Below, piece after piece: positions 1 through 9,073 of a DNA stretch of 64,000 nucleotides. This stretch comes from Nitrospirota bacterium. GTDB lineage: Bacteria > Nitrospirota > Thermodesulfovibrionia > UBA6902. The number at the start of each line of letters is the position of its first letter. The first letter of the stretch is position 1. Location: contig JACRMS010000003.1 of NCBI GenBank assembly GCA_016214845.1, positions 24,110 through 88,109 of the forward strand. Reading direction: 5' to 3'. Both the position numbers and the translations under genes were made by a program. Under the pieces are notes generated by a model that did no database searches, was not told where the DNA came from, and was given only the letters and a program-made list of their open reading frames with translations.

Positions 1-2
1 CA

Positions 3-533
3 TACAAATGGCAAAACAAGGATGCAAGCAATCATAACGAATACTACGGGGCAATCACTCCCATGACATATGACGGCACCTGTACCATCTGCCATATCGC
101 GCCTATCCCGACAGGCGGGATAAAACCCTCCAGTAACACCATTAGCGCTTTCTGCGGCACATGCCACAGGGCGTTTCATGTTATCAACCAGCTCGATGTG
201 ACACAGGGCATAGGCGATGATACAACTTCGCCGTTCCTTCGGCATCCAACCGATATAGTGATACCAAACAGCGGTGAATATGCTAATTACAATCAGGGAA
301 ATTTAAATCAATACAGCGTAGAGGCGCCTGTTGCAAGAACAACAGTTTCAAGCAGTATAAGCAGTACTGTAACTCCAGGCGCTGATGCTGTTATGTGCCT
401 TTCCTGCCATGTGGCCCATGCCTCCAATTATGCTGATATGCTGAGATGGGATTACAGCGCTATGATTGCCGGAGGCGGAACTAATGGAACAGGATGTTTC
501 ACCTGCCACACGTCAAAAGATGACGGGTCATAA
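3..533 (+). CDS. OmcS-family multihaem c-type cytochrome, C-terminal fragment (5' end lies upstream of the window)
   Basis: Frame 3 is open from the window edge ([16 protein letters not shown]...) to the stop at 531-533. It has four CXXCH motifs (CTICH, CGTCH, CLSCH, CFTCH). By eye it is about 60-65% identical to the C-terminal half of the 14270..15346 product. Confidence 0.85.
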   Translation, partial: YKWQNKDASNHNEYYGAITPMTYDGTCTICHIAPIPTGGIKPSSNTISAFCGTCHRAFHVINQLDVTQGIGDDTTSPFLRHPTDIVIPNSGEYANYNQGNLNQYSVEAPVARTTVSSSISSTVTPGADAVMCLSCHVAHASNYADMLRWDYSAMIAGGGTNGTGCFTCHTSKDDGS

Positions 534-766
534 GCGGTCCTTACTATCCTAAACAAATCATCTTAGCCCACGAATTATCTTGAGTAAATCTTTGACTACT
601 TTATTCGTGGCTTAAGTTTATGACGCCGGAAAATTTAAATTAAACTCATAATGCTATAAGTGCGTTGAATTACGGAGCAATATATTGCTATTATTTATGG
701 CCTAATCTAAAATAACCATATTTTTTCTTTGCGTTTCCAAAAGTCATTGCTTTATTTAGACTCAAA

Positions 767-1753
767 ATGAAAAATTCATGTCTTAATGAAATACATGGAC
801 TGAAGTCAATAGCTAAAAGTCAGAAGCTTGGGACAGGACTTATTTTATTGTGTTTTCTATTTGTTGTTACCGGTCCTCTTTACGCCCAGCAGACCGGCAC
901 CGCTATTACTTACTACGACAGCATAACTTATGATGATGAAGACGGCAGCCTGTCATTTCCATCCGCAGTATTTATAGATCCGGTCATGAATGAAATTTAT
1001 GTAATTGACGGTAAGAGCAGGGTCAATATTTATACATCCGATTTATTCCCCCTTTACTCAATCGGTAAAAACAACGGGATCCAATCGCCGCAGGGATTGA
1101 CCGTCGACTCAGCGGGATATCTTTACGTTGGACAAACCGCGTCGCTTGATAATCCAAGGAACAGGATCTCTGTTTTTAATGCATGCCTTCACTGGGACAG
1201 AGATATTTATTTTGAAGGCTTCGACGGGGCGGATTCATTTGTGCCATACCGCATGGCTGTCGATAAAAAGGGGGTCCTCTACGTGTCCGGCAGCTACTCC
1301 CCGGGCGTTCTGGTCATGGACGGCAAAGGGAAATTCCTCGATATAATTTCTGTGGAAGAGGAAGGAAGGAAGGTCAAAATAAACAACGCCGTCCTGGACA
1401 ACTCCGGGAAACTTTATCTTGTCAGCGAGGAAGAAGGGCGCGTATATGTATATGATGCAAACAATAAAAAAATGCTCTTTAAGTTTGGTGAGAAGGGGGG
1501 GAGTTCAGGCAAACTGAGCCGCCCCAGGGCAGTAGCCGTAGACAACCGGAACGGCAGGATCTTTGTGGTGGATTATATGCGCCATACTGTTTCCGTCTAC
1601 AACAGCGAAGGGACATATATTTTCGAGTTCGGCGGACTGGGCTGGGACGAAGGCTGGTTTCAATTTCCAACGGACATCGCCATTGACAAAGACGGCAAGT
1701 TGGCCGTTGCGGATTTATTTAACAACAGGATACAGGTGTTCAATGCGTGGTAG
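767..1753 (+). CDS. secreted NHL-repeat beta-propeller protein
   Basis: Signal peptide LILLCFLFVVTGPLYA. Repeated NHL-type blades, e.g. PRAVAVDNRNGRIFVVDYMRHTVSVYN and FPTDIAIDKDGKLAVADLFNNRIQVFN. Confidence 0.85.
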   Translation: MKNSCLNEIHGLKSIAKSQKLGTGLILLCFLFVVTGPLYAQQTGTAITYYDSITYDDEDGSLSFPSAVFIDPVMNEIYVIDGKSRVNIYTSDLFPLYSIGKNNGIQSPQGLTVDSAGYLYVGQTASLDNPRNRISVFNACLHWDRDIYFEGFDGADSFVPYRMAVDKKGVLYVSGSYSPGVLVMDGKGKFLDIISVEEEGRKVKINNAVLDNSGKLYLVSEEEGRVYVYDANNKKMLFKFGEKGGSSGKLSRPRAVAVDNRNGRIFVVDYMRHTVSVYNSEGTYIFEFGGLGWDEGWFQFPTDIAIDKDGKLAVADLFNNRIQVFNAW

Positions 1754-3383
1754 AAAAATACGTCGAACAGAAGTCAAGAAGATAAGAAGCTCGGAAGATG
1801 AGAAAAAGGCAACTTCTCAACTTCTCAACTTCTCAACTTCTTCCTTCATTTTTTTTCTTGCCCTCACTGTTTTGTTCCTCCACGGCTGTTCGGCAATCGA
1901 AGCGCAAAGGGCCCCTTCCGATCAATCTAAAGGCCAGGTCACACTTTTTCTGAACGGCCCAGACAAGGTGTCCCAAAATATCACATTTGAATTGTCAGCC
2001 GTAAATATAGTTTCAGAAGAAGGCGTATCAAGAGAGCTCACGAGTGCGCCTTTAAATATTAACTCTGTAGATATCATCGGCCGGCAGGTTGTTCTTGGAG
2101 AGACTTCTCTGCCTGAGGGAAGGTACAAAAAGCTCCGGCTCGTTATAAAAGAGGCGACGATCAAAAGTAAAGAGCGGCCCGCGCGCCTGGCCTTGCCGCC
2201 TGAAGGCGTTGAACTCGCGATAAATATTAGTGTAAAAAGAAAGCAAAGCACAACTTTATTCATTAACTGGAACCCGGACGCTTCCGTTGCCGACGCCTTC
2301 CTCTTCAAACCCGCTGTGACCGTCAAGGAACAGGTACCTGAATTAAGCACATCGCTTATTTATGTAACTAACGAAGATTCAGACAGCGTGTCTGTTATCA
2401 ACAGGCAAACCGAGGAGGTTGTGGCAACGATAACGGTAGGGAGAAAGCCGAGGGGGGTCGCGGCTGTCATGGGCCGGGACCGTCTGAAGGTCTATGTTGC
2501 CAACTCAGGCTCAAACAGCATATCCGTGATTGACCCGACTACGAACAAAGTCGAAAAGGAGCTCCCTATAAGGTTCGGCAAAGAGCCCGAAGGGATAGCG
2601 GTAACCAGCCTGCCTTCAGGGAAGGACCTGATTTTTGTTACAAATTACAATTCCAATTCCGTATCTATGATTGATCCGCTGGCCCTGCAGGAGATGGAAA
2701 AGATCGATGTGGGAAAAGGCCCCATCGCGGTGGCTGTTGATCCGCCGGTTGAGAACCTTCTGGGGACACGGTTTCTCAGCTTTGAGGAGGTCAATATAAT
2801 AAAAGGTTTCCGGGAGAAGTTTTTTAACGTTTATGTTGTCAATAAAAATTCAAACAGCGTTTCCGTGATAATGATGGACTCGCTTACAAGCAAACCTAAA
2901 GATGTTATTACCGTCAACGTGGATTGGAACCCCGTTGCGCTTGCCGTTGATTATCAGAGAGGAAAGGTCTATGTCGCAAATTATAACTCAGACAAACTCT
3001 CCGTCATAGACATCCTGCAAATCATCAAAGGCAATACGACCACGGCGGTAAGCACTATTAATAATCTGGGCGCCTCCATAACAGGGGTAATACCCGAGCC
3101 GTCATTTGACAGAATTTATCTTTTAAAAGAAAGGCCCGGCGAGATAATGATCATAAAGCCCTTCACGGACAGCGCGGCCCAGACTGTAATGCCTCCTGTG
3201 ATGGGAATTATTCCCGTAGGAAGCGCCCCTCGTTCTTTTATTCTGGACTCGGAACTCAGAAAAATATATGTGGTCAACAGAGGGTCTAACAATATTTCGA
3301 TAATCGACAAGACTACAAGAAAGCAGGAGCGTATTATCCCCTCCGGTATGAAACCTTACGGGATAACGATGTTTCCCAAGTAG
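1743..3383 (+). CDS. lipoprotein with an N-terminal DUF4382-like domain and YVTN-type beta-propeller repeats
   Basis: ATG 1743 overlaps the NHL gene stop. Lipobox LHGC. Six or more repeats of the YVTN type (YVTNEDSDSVSVIN, YVANSGSNSISVID, FVTNYNSNSVSMID, YVVNKNSNSVSVI, YVANYNSDKLSVID, YVVNRGSNNISIID). Confidence 0.8.
   Translation: MRGRKIRRTEVKKIRSSEDEKKATSQLLNFSTSSFIFFLALTVLFLHGCSAIEAQRAPSDQSKGQVTLFLNGPDKVSQNITFELSAVNIVSEEGVSRELTSAPLNINSVDIIGRQVVLGETSLPEGRYKKLRLVIKEATIKSKERPARLALPPEGVELAINISVKRKQSTTLFINWNPDASVADAFLFKPAVTVKEQVPELSTSLIYVTNEDSDSVSVINRQTEEVVATITVGRKPRGVAAVMGRDRLKVYVANSGSNSISVIDPTTNKVEKELPIRFGKEPEGIAVTSLPSGKDLIFVTNYNSNSVSMIDPLALQEMEKIDVGKGPIAVAVDPPVENLLGTRFLSFEEVNIIKGFREKFFNVYVVNKNSNSVSVIMMDSLTSKPKDVITVNVDWNPVALAVDYQRGKVYVANYNSDKLSVIDILQIIKGNTTTAVSTINNLGASITGVIPEPSFDRIYLLKERPGEIMIIKPFTDSAAQTVMPPVMGIIPVGSAPRSFILDSELRKIYVVNRGSNNISIIDKTTRKQERIIPSGMKPYGITMFPK
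1768..1848. repeat. purine/pyrimidine word palindrome (GAAG-type words; (CAACTTCT)x3.5) inside the 5' coding end of the YVTN lipoprotein gene
   Basis: agaagtcaagaagataagaagctcggaagatgagaa ... caacttctcaacttctcaacttctcaacttcttcc. It is translated as EVKKIRSSEDEKK...LLNFSTSSFIFF. Confidence 0.8.
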
Positions 3384-3417
3384 CTGGTAGCTGACAGCTA
3401 TTAGCTTACAGCTTATA
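3381..3417. repeat. heptad tandem element (TAGCTGG TAGCTGA CAGCTAT TAGCTTA CAGCTTA)
   Basis: Five consecutive related 7-mers between the stop at 3383 and ATG 3422. Confidence 0.75.
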
Positions 3418-3421
3418 AATT

Positions 3422-5683
3422 ATGAGGAATATAAAATGGAAGATCATAGCGCTGTCAGTAACAGTGATTCTGCTGTGCGGCACTCCCGCATTTACGCAGG
3501 GGCTGAGCGGATGGCTGAATATAATCAGTGACAACTCAAGCGGGTATCAGGACGGGAAAAGGACCTCGGATTCCAGCACATTAAATCAGAATTATTTTTT
3601 AAATTTTGAAAAACCGGTCACTCCAGTGCTTGTTTATCATATTTATCTGAGATCGAACCTGATTGATTCCCGCATCACAGACTCCGCAGGTGAAACGACA
3701 ACCACTTACAGGAGGATGGTGGAGCCGACACTGGACCTCCTGCTGCAGAACCCCGTGTACGATCTTACCGCGGGATACCGCAGGCAGGAAGAGTGGACCA
3801 CCGCGCACCTGCGGGATGAAAGCAGGGAGACCACAGAACTGTATTATTCACGTTTTAATTTAGTCCCCGCTTCACTCCCTTCCTTGTCTATCAACGTAGA
3901 CAGGCTGAGGAATTTCGACTACCTCAGCGTCAGTAAAATTGACCGCACCAATGATGAATATGCCATAAGCTCAACGTATGAACTGCCTTCGCGCGATGTA
4001 AGGTTCAGATATGTTTTAAATTACTCACATAACATAGACAGGGACAAGGCAAGCATAATAGAGAAGACCGTAAATGATAATTTCAGCGGCAACTACAACA
4101 TCGGCTACACGGGGGCGTTATTGAGGGACATGGCAAGCTACTCCCTGCTGTATCAGGGTAATTATTCAAGGAATAAAAGCCGTCAGACCTTTAAGCAGAC
4201 CGGCACCGTAATAAGTAAGCGGACGTCGCTGGGCGGATGGCATAAACATGACGGCATAACGCAGGACCTCGGGACGTTAAACGCTAACGGCTTATTGGTC
4301 GATGAGGACTTTAACGCAAGCGCAGGCATTGATATCGGGGGCGCAAATCCTACCAACAAGCTGCACAATACCGGCATATCGGCGTCATCGCAAAAGACCG
4401 TGGACAGGTTATTTATATATGTATCGTCAAGTACAGACCCGACCGGAGACAGCCTGGACAACGCAGGCAACTGGAGCGTTTTCAGAAGCAACTTCAATCA
4501 GCAAGGGACATGGTCCGAAGTTACTGTTAAAGATGTAAAGGTGACTGCTTTTGACAGGCCCAATAATATATACATCTTCGAGATAGAATTTTTAGGGCCG
4601 CAGGGCGACTCATTTTATAAAGCTGTCAATAACGTGGCTTCCAATATCGGCAGTGTGCTTGTGACTGAAATAGAGGCGTACGGCACTGACGACATCGGAT
4701 CAAAGACCTCTCTGGATGTGTTCACCAGCTTTGAGCAGGGCCTGAATTTTGACGCAAGCGCAAGGCCTTTCACACCATTGACCGTTTCCCTTAATTACTC
4801 ACTGCACAGGTCGGACCAAAACCCCGTATCTCTTACAAATTCTCTCAGGGGAGTTTTTGAAAACATCTACAGCGATTCCCTGCCTGATAATAAAAGTAAT
4901 TTCAGGAGCACTATCTCAAGAAACTACGGCATAGGGGCAACGTGGTTGACGCACCGGTATCTGACTACCATCGCGCGCTATCAAAAAAGCCAGAACTTTG
5001 ATGACCGGGAAGAAACCGATACCGAATTTGACTCTTACAACATTTCTTTTAATTCAGTCCCCCTGCCGACCCTCGACACCACCCTGTCTTATACCAGGAC
5101 CATAAGATATAACTTTGACAAAAAGGATTCCACGACCGACTCTTATCTGCTGAGCCTGGGTTCAAGGCTTTATAAAAACATAAATATGATTACCGATCTC
5201 GGGTATAATCAGACCGATACCATATCGACAAATACAACAACTTCCACTTACTCAATAAACGGCACTGTTGACGCGCGCGTCACACGGCAGGTGTCCAGCA
5301 TCCTCAATTATAATTTAAGCAGGATAACTTCAGACGATAACACCACCGACTCAAAGAACGCCCTTATCATTGTTAACTACCAGCCCGGGCGGTCCATCAA
5401 CATTTCCGGCAATGTAAACTATTTCGGCTCTGAAGAAAGCAAAACCACCTCGGAAGGACTTTCAGTGGATTGGCTGCCGCTTCCCGCGATCAGGTTGAAT
5501 ATGAACTACCTTCACAGCAATACCGACCCCAAGACATCAAAAACCGACAGTATCAACGGTTACGGCATCTGGTATATAACAAAGTTTGCCGATGTCCGTC
5601 TTTCGTCCGGTTACTCAAAAACCATTGAGGACATCAAAACGGAAAATTACAATTTCAACGCAAATTTAAATGTCAGATTCTGA
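3422..5683 (+). CDS. outer-membrane beta-barrel protein with an inserted discoidin (F5/8 type C)-like domain
   Basis: Signal peptide ending PAFTQG. Long stretches of alternating beta-strand pattern. C-terminal aromatic terminus ...NLNVRF. Residues ~275-421 (LLVDEDFNASAGIDIGG ... IFEIEF ... LVTEIEAYG) look like a discoidin fold. Confidence 0.65.
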   Translation: MRNIKWKIIALSVTVILLCGTPAFTQGLSGWLNIISDNSSGYQDGKRTSDSSTLNQNYFLNFEKPVTPVLVYHIYLRSNLIDSRITDSAGETTTTYRRMVEPTLDLLLQNPVYDLTAGYRRQEEWTTAHLRDESRETTELYYSRFNLVPASLPSLSINVDRLRNFDYLSVSKIDRTNDEYAISSTYELPSRDVRFRYVLNYSHNIDRDKASIIEKTVNDNFSGNYNIGYTGALLRDMASYSLLYQGNYSRNKSRQTFKQTGTVISKRTSLGGWHKHDGITQDLGTLNANGLLVDEDFNASAGIDIGGANPTNKLHNTGISASSQKTVDRLFIYVSSSTDPTGDSLDNAGNWSVFRSNFNQQGTWSEVTVKDVKVTAFDRPNNIYIFEIEFLGPQGDSFYKAVNNVASNIGSVLVTEIEAYGTDDIGSKTSLDVFTSFEQGLNFDASARPFTPLTVSLNYSLHRSDQNPVSLTNSLRGVFENIYSDSLPDNKSNFRSTISRNYGIGATWLTHRYLTTIARYQKSQNFDDREETDTEFDSYNISFNSVPLPTLDTTLSYTRTIRYNFDKKDSTTDSYLLSLGSRLYKNINMITDLGYNQTDTISTNTTTSTYSINGTVDARVTRQVSSILNYNLSRITSDDNTTDSKNALIIVNYQPGRSINISGNVNYFGSEESKTTSEGLSVDWLPLPAIRLNMNYLHSNTDPKTSKTDSINGYGIWYITKFADVRLSSGYSKTIEDIKTENYNFNANLNVRF

Positions 5684-5722
5684 TATAATAAGCGGGGTTT
5701 TTTCGAGGTATTATAAATTGTT

Positions 5723-6301
5723 ATGAACAGCTTAATAAGAAAAAAAGTATTCTCCGGCATGGTCATAAGCCTTTGCCTGATTTTCATGTCGGGATGCTCA
5801 GGCAGCATAAAGCATTATGTCAGGCCGAACACCGACGCCGCCAAAATTAAGAAGATCGCGGTGCTGCCGTTTGAGAATTTTACGCCTGATACATTCGCTG
5901 ACAAGAAGGTCAGGAGCCTTGCAATTATAGACCTTCTGTCAAGGGGCCTTGATGTCATAGAACCCGGAGAGGTATTAAAGACCCTGCAGGAGATGAAGGT
6001 GAAATCCGCCCAATCCCTGACCCAGCAGGACATTATGAATATCGGCGAAACCCTCAATGTAGAATCCGTTATGACGGGGTCCGTTGAAGCGTTTGGCATA
6101 AGCAGGGGGATATCGGTTTCCTACCCCGAGGTCTCCGTCAATTTGATGCTGTTTGACGCAAAGACGGGGAAGGTCATCTGGTCGGTATGGCATACCGCGG
6201 GGGGCGCAAGCTTCTGGAGCAGGCACTTTGGGGCCGAGGGGGCCACGCTCGACGAAACTTCAAAAAAAGTAATAAAAGAAGCGATCGATACATTATTTTA
6301 A
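5723..6301 (+). CDS. periplasmic lipoprotein, CsgG/LpoB-like (TolB-N-like) domain
   Basis: Lipobox MSGC. Motif KIAVLPFENFT followed by ...VMTGSVEAFG...VNLMLFDAKTGKVIWS. It is a paralogue of the next gene. Confidence 0.7.
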   Translation: MNSLIRKKVFSGMVISLCLIFMSGCSGSIKHYVRPNTDAAKIKKIAVLPFENFTPDTFADKKVRSLAIIDLLSRGLDVIEPGEVLKTLQEMKVKSAQSLTQQDIMNIGETLNVESVMTGSVEAFGISRGISVSYPEVSVNLMLFDAKTGKVIWSVWHTAGGASFWSRHFGAEGATLDETSKKVIKEAIDTLF

Positions 6302-6317
6302 AAAAAGGAGACGCACC

Positions 6318-6896
6318 ATGAATTCATTTATGAAAATTGTCCCGGTTTCTGCATTACTCATTTTTCTCTTTATTTCAGGGTGTGGCGGCAAAGCCCCGAT
6401 CTATCACATACGTGAAGATATCGATTTCAGTTACTTTAAAAAGGTCGCTGTAATGCCCCTTGATAATCTGAGCAATGATAGAACAGCCGGAGAAGTTGTC
6501 AGGCAGGTGGTCATCAGTGAATTGCTTTCTTCCGGGCTTGTGGACGTTGTGGTCCCCGGGGAGGTAATGGCCGCGGTCAGCGAACTGGATATCAAGAACA
6601 TATCATCCCTGAGTGAAAAACAGATAATGGCCCTCGGCAAGGCCCTGAAGGTTGAGGCGCTTATGATGGGCGCGGTCGAACAATACGGGGAGTCAAGGTC
6701 CGGGAATATTTCCGCCCCTGAAGTAACCATCACATTAATGATGGCGGATGCAGGCACAGGCAATATCATCTGGTCCATTACAACAACCCGCGGCGGCGCT
6801 GGTTTTATGGCGAGGCATTTCGGGGCCAGATCGGAGACCATGAGCGAAACTGTTCTGGCTGCCGTTAGAGAAGCTATCCGAACGCTTGCCAGATAA
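6318..6896 (+). CDS. periplasmic lipoprotein, CsgG/LpoB-like domain (paralogue)
   Basis: Lipobox ISGC. KKVAVMPLDNLSND ... LMMGAVEQYG ... ITLMMADAGTGNIIWS. Same length (192 aa) as the 5723..6301 product. Confidence 0.7.
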   Translation: MNSFMKIVPVSALLIFLFISGCGGKAPIYHIREDIDFSYFKKVAVMPLDNLSNDRTAGEVVRQVVISELLSSGLVDVVVPGEVMAAVSELDIKNISSLSEKQIMALGKALKVEALMMGAVEQYGESRSGNISAPEVTITLMMADAGTGNIIWSITTTRGGAGFMARHFGARSETMSETVLAAVREAIRTLAR

Positions 6897-6904
6897 AAAT
6901 ACAA

Positions 6905-9073
6905 ATGAAGAATAAAATCCTTATCCTTGTCCTTCTGCTCTTTGCCTTCTCGGCTTTCTCTTATCTTATTTACTTCAAGAAAGAAACCAAAGTTGCGCTG
7001 TCTCAGGAGGCTAAAACTGCGGTTTCGCCTTCAAAAGAAGAGGTAAAGAAGCCCGTAGAAAAACCGGCACAGTTAACTGAAGAAACGCTTTCGAAAAAAG
7101 TCGCAACACAAGCAAAGGCAACTCCGTCGGCAATAAAAGCTAAGAAGCCCGCGGAGAAAACAAAAATCCTGCTCGCAAAAAAAACTTACGGAAAGATCAA
7201 AAAAGGGACACGTGTTAGGCATATAACGAAAAAAGCAGGGAAGCGTTTAAAGAAGCCTTCTCAGGAGATAGTCAAAGTGGCAAAGGCAGCTCCTCCAAAG
7301 ACAGGCCCTAAGAAGCCTGTTGAGAAACCGAAGACTGTTGTAAAGCACCCTGAAGTCCCGGCGCAGGCGCCGATTGTTATCGCGAAAACTGAGACGACAC
7401 CGCCGGTAGTAACACCTGCCCCGCTTCCTGCTGCAATACCGGAACAAAAGATTGAAAAGACGATCACGATTAAACCTGCCAAAGAAGAAGCTGACCGCGT
7501 TAAAAATTCCGGCCGGGGATTAAACACCCCGGCAGAACAACAGGGCATTATTTCTGACACGACGAAACAGCCGGTTGAGAAACTGAAACCAGCAGTCGCA
7601 GAAAAACCTTTACCGGAGATCAAAAAAGAATCTTCAAAACCTGCTGGAGAACCAGTAGAGGTCCCCCCTGTGCAAGTGTCTGAAGCAGTGCTTGCGCTTC
7701 CGGAAGCAGAGACGGTGCTGCCAGTAACTGAACCTTTGCGTCCCGCGGTAGCGCCTCAAAAAGTTGAACTTCTTAAAGAAGCCCCTGTGAAACCTGTTGA
7801 GACGCCAAAAACTGCGATTACCGCAAGACCTTCTCCTGAGATAAAAAAAGAGACTGTAGTTGTTCAACTCAAAGAAGAACCGAAGAAGCCCGTTGAGAAG
7901 GAACCCCAAAAAGAAATAACTGCCGCATTGCCGAAAGCAGACAACAAAAAACCTGCTGAACCAGTTGTGGTCCCCTCCGTGCAAGTACCTCAAACAGCGC
8001 TTGCGCTTCCGAAAGCAGAGACGGTGCTGCCGGTAATACCGCCAACACCTTTAATCCCGGCGGCAGCGCCGGTTGTAATTTCTCAGAAGGAAGGCCGGAA
8101 GCTTTCGCCTGAGGAAAAAGCATACGCCGGGACCAAAAAAAAAATAGCCCTCCTGCCGTTTGAAAATTTCACTGACAGCAAGGACGCCTTGAGCCAGGTA
8201 ACTCCGCTGCTGAAGTCGCGGCTGGAAAAGAAAGGCTTGGGGATTGTTGATGAAGACAACCTTAACAAATTATTATGCAATGAAAGGGTAAGGGCCACGG
8301 GGCATATTTCAAGAGAGCTGGCGCAGAAAATAGAAAAGGAATTGTCGGCAAACGCGATAATGGCGGGCGCGATTATTTCATACTCCTCCGGCGAAAACCC
8401 GCAGATCAGCCTTTTGGCAAGACTGATTGACCCCTTCACCGGGCTTATAATCTGGGCAAATTATGCATCTGTCACCGGTGACGATTTCACTACCATCCTC
8501 GGGCTCGGCAGGATAAGCAGCATTGAGGACCTTACTTCAAGGGCTGTTGATATCCTGCTTACCTCTTTTAATACCTCTCCGCCTCAAAAAGACCCGGAGT
8601 CCCTGTACAGGATTGCGGTGATGCCGTTTCAAAACAAAAGCAAATACAAAAGCGCAGGTGTTATTGCCACGTATATGTTCCTGGTGGAGCTTTTCAAGAA
8701 TGAGATATTCGAGCCGGTGGAATACGGTGATGTCAAAAAGATAGTCGTGGAATTGAAAATAAGGGACAAGAGCGAGATTGATTACAAGACCATGGAGGCC
8801 TTGTCAAAACGGTCCGGCGCGGGGGGGATTCTGCTTGGCACGGTGGAGCAGTTCAGCGAAAGCACAGACGCGTCCTCCCCTCCGAAAGTGACCATGACTG
8901 CCAGGCTTTTGGACGCACGGAAGAATAAAATTCTGTGGTATAATACCCAGCAATCAAACGGTGAGAATGATATAATCGCCTTTGAGTGGGCAGAAAAGAA
9001 ACCGGTCGACAGGGTGGCTTACAAGGCGGTTTCGGAGCTGGTAAAAAAAATGAGGACAGCTAAATGGCAATAA
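6905..9073 (+). CDS. membrane-anchored protein: long Pro/Lys/Glu/Ala-rich spacer followed by two CsgG/LpoB-like domains
   Basis: N-terminal TM helix ILILVLLLFAFSAFSYLIYF. Roughly 370 aa of low complexity with an internal duplication. Then KKIALLPFENFTDSKD... and YRIAVMPFQNKSKYKS... domains. Confidence 0.7.
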   Translation: MKNKILILVLLLFAFSAFSYLIYFKKETKVALSQEAKTAVSPSKEEVKKPVEKPAQLTEETLSKKVATQAKATPSAIKAKKPAEKTKILLAKKTYGKIKKGTRVRHITKKAGKRLKKPSQEIVKVAKAAPPKTGPKKPVEKPKTVVKHPEVPAQAPIVIAKTETTPPVVTPAPLPAAIPEQKIEKTITIKPAKEEADRVKNSGRGLNTPAEQQGIISDTTKQPVEKLKPAVAEKPLPEIKKESSKPAGEPVEVPPVQVSEAVLALPEAETVLPVTEPLRPAVAPQKVELLKEAPVKPVETPKTAITARPSPEIKKETVVVQLKEEPKKPVEKEPQKEITAALPKADNKKPAEPVVVPSVQVPQTALALPKAETVLPVIPPTPLIPAAAPVVISQKEGRKLSPEEKAYAGTKKKIALLPFENFTDSKDALSQVTPLLKSRLEKKGLGIVDEDNLNKLLCNERVRATGHISRELAQKIEKELSANAIMAGAIISYSSGENPQISLLARLIDPFTGLIIWANYASVTGDDFTTILGLGRISSIEDLTSRAVDILLTSFNTSPPQKDPESLYRIAVMPFQNKSKYKSAGVIATYMFLVELFKNEIFEPVEYGDVKKIVVELKIRDKSEIDYKTMEALSKRSGAGGILLGTVEQFSESTDASSPPKVTMTARLLDARKNKILWYNTQQSNGENDIIAFEWAEKKPVDRVAYKAVSELVKKMRTAKWQ
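7637..7734 (+). repeat. direct repeat unit 1 inside the low-complexity spacer of the 6905..9073 gene
   Basis: aaacctgctggagaaccagtagaggtcccccctgtgcaagtg...gcgcttccggaagcagagacggtgctgccagta recurs at 7948-8042 (protein: KPAGEPVEVPPVQVSEAVLALPEAETVLPV). Confidence 0.75.
7948..8042 (+). repeat. direct repeat unit 2 inside the low-complexity spacer of the 6905..9073 gene
   Basis: aaacctgctgaaccagttgtggtcccctccgtgcaagta...gcgcttccgaaagcagagacggtgctgccggta (protein: KPAEPVVVPSVQVPQTALALPKAETVLPV). Confidence 0.75.

Noticed and set aside
1563-1742. 5' extension of ORF 1563..3383 overlapping the NHL gene.
   Set aside because: The extension overlaps the NHL coding region in another frame. ATG 1743 gives a normal n-region plus lipobox, so it was taken as the start.
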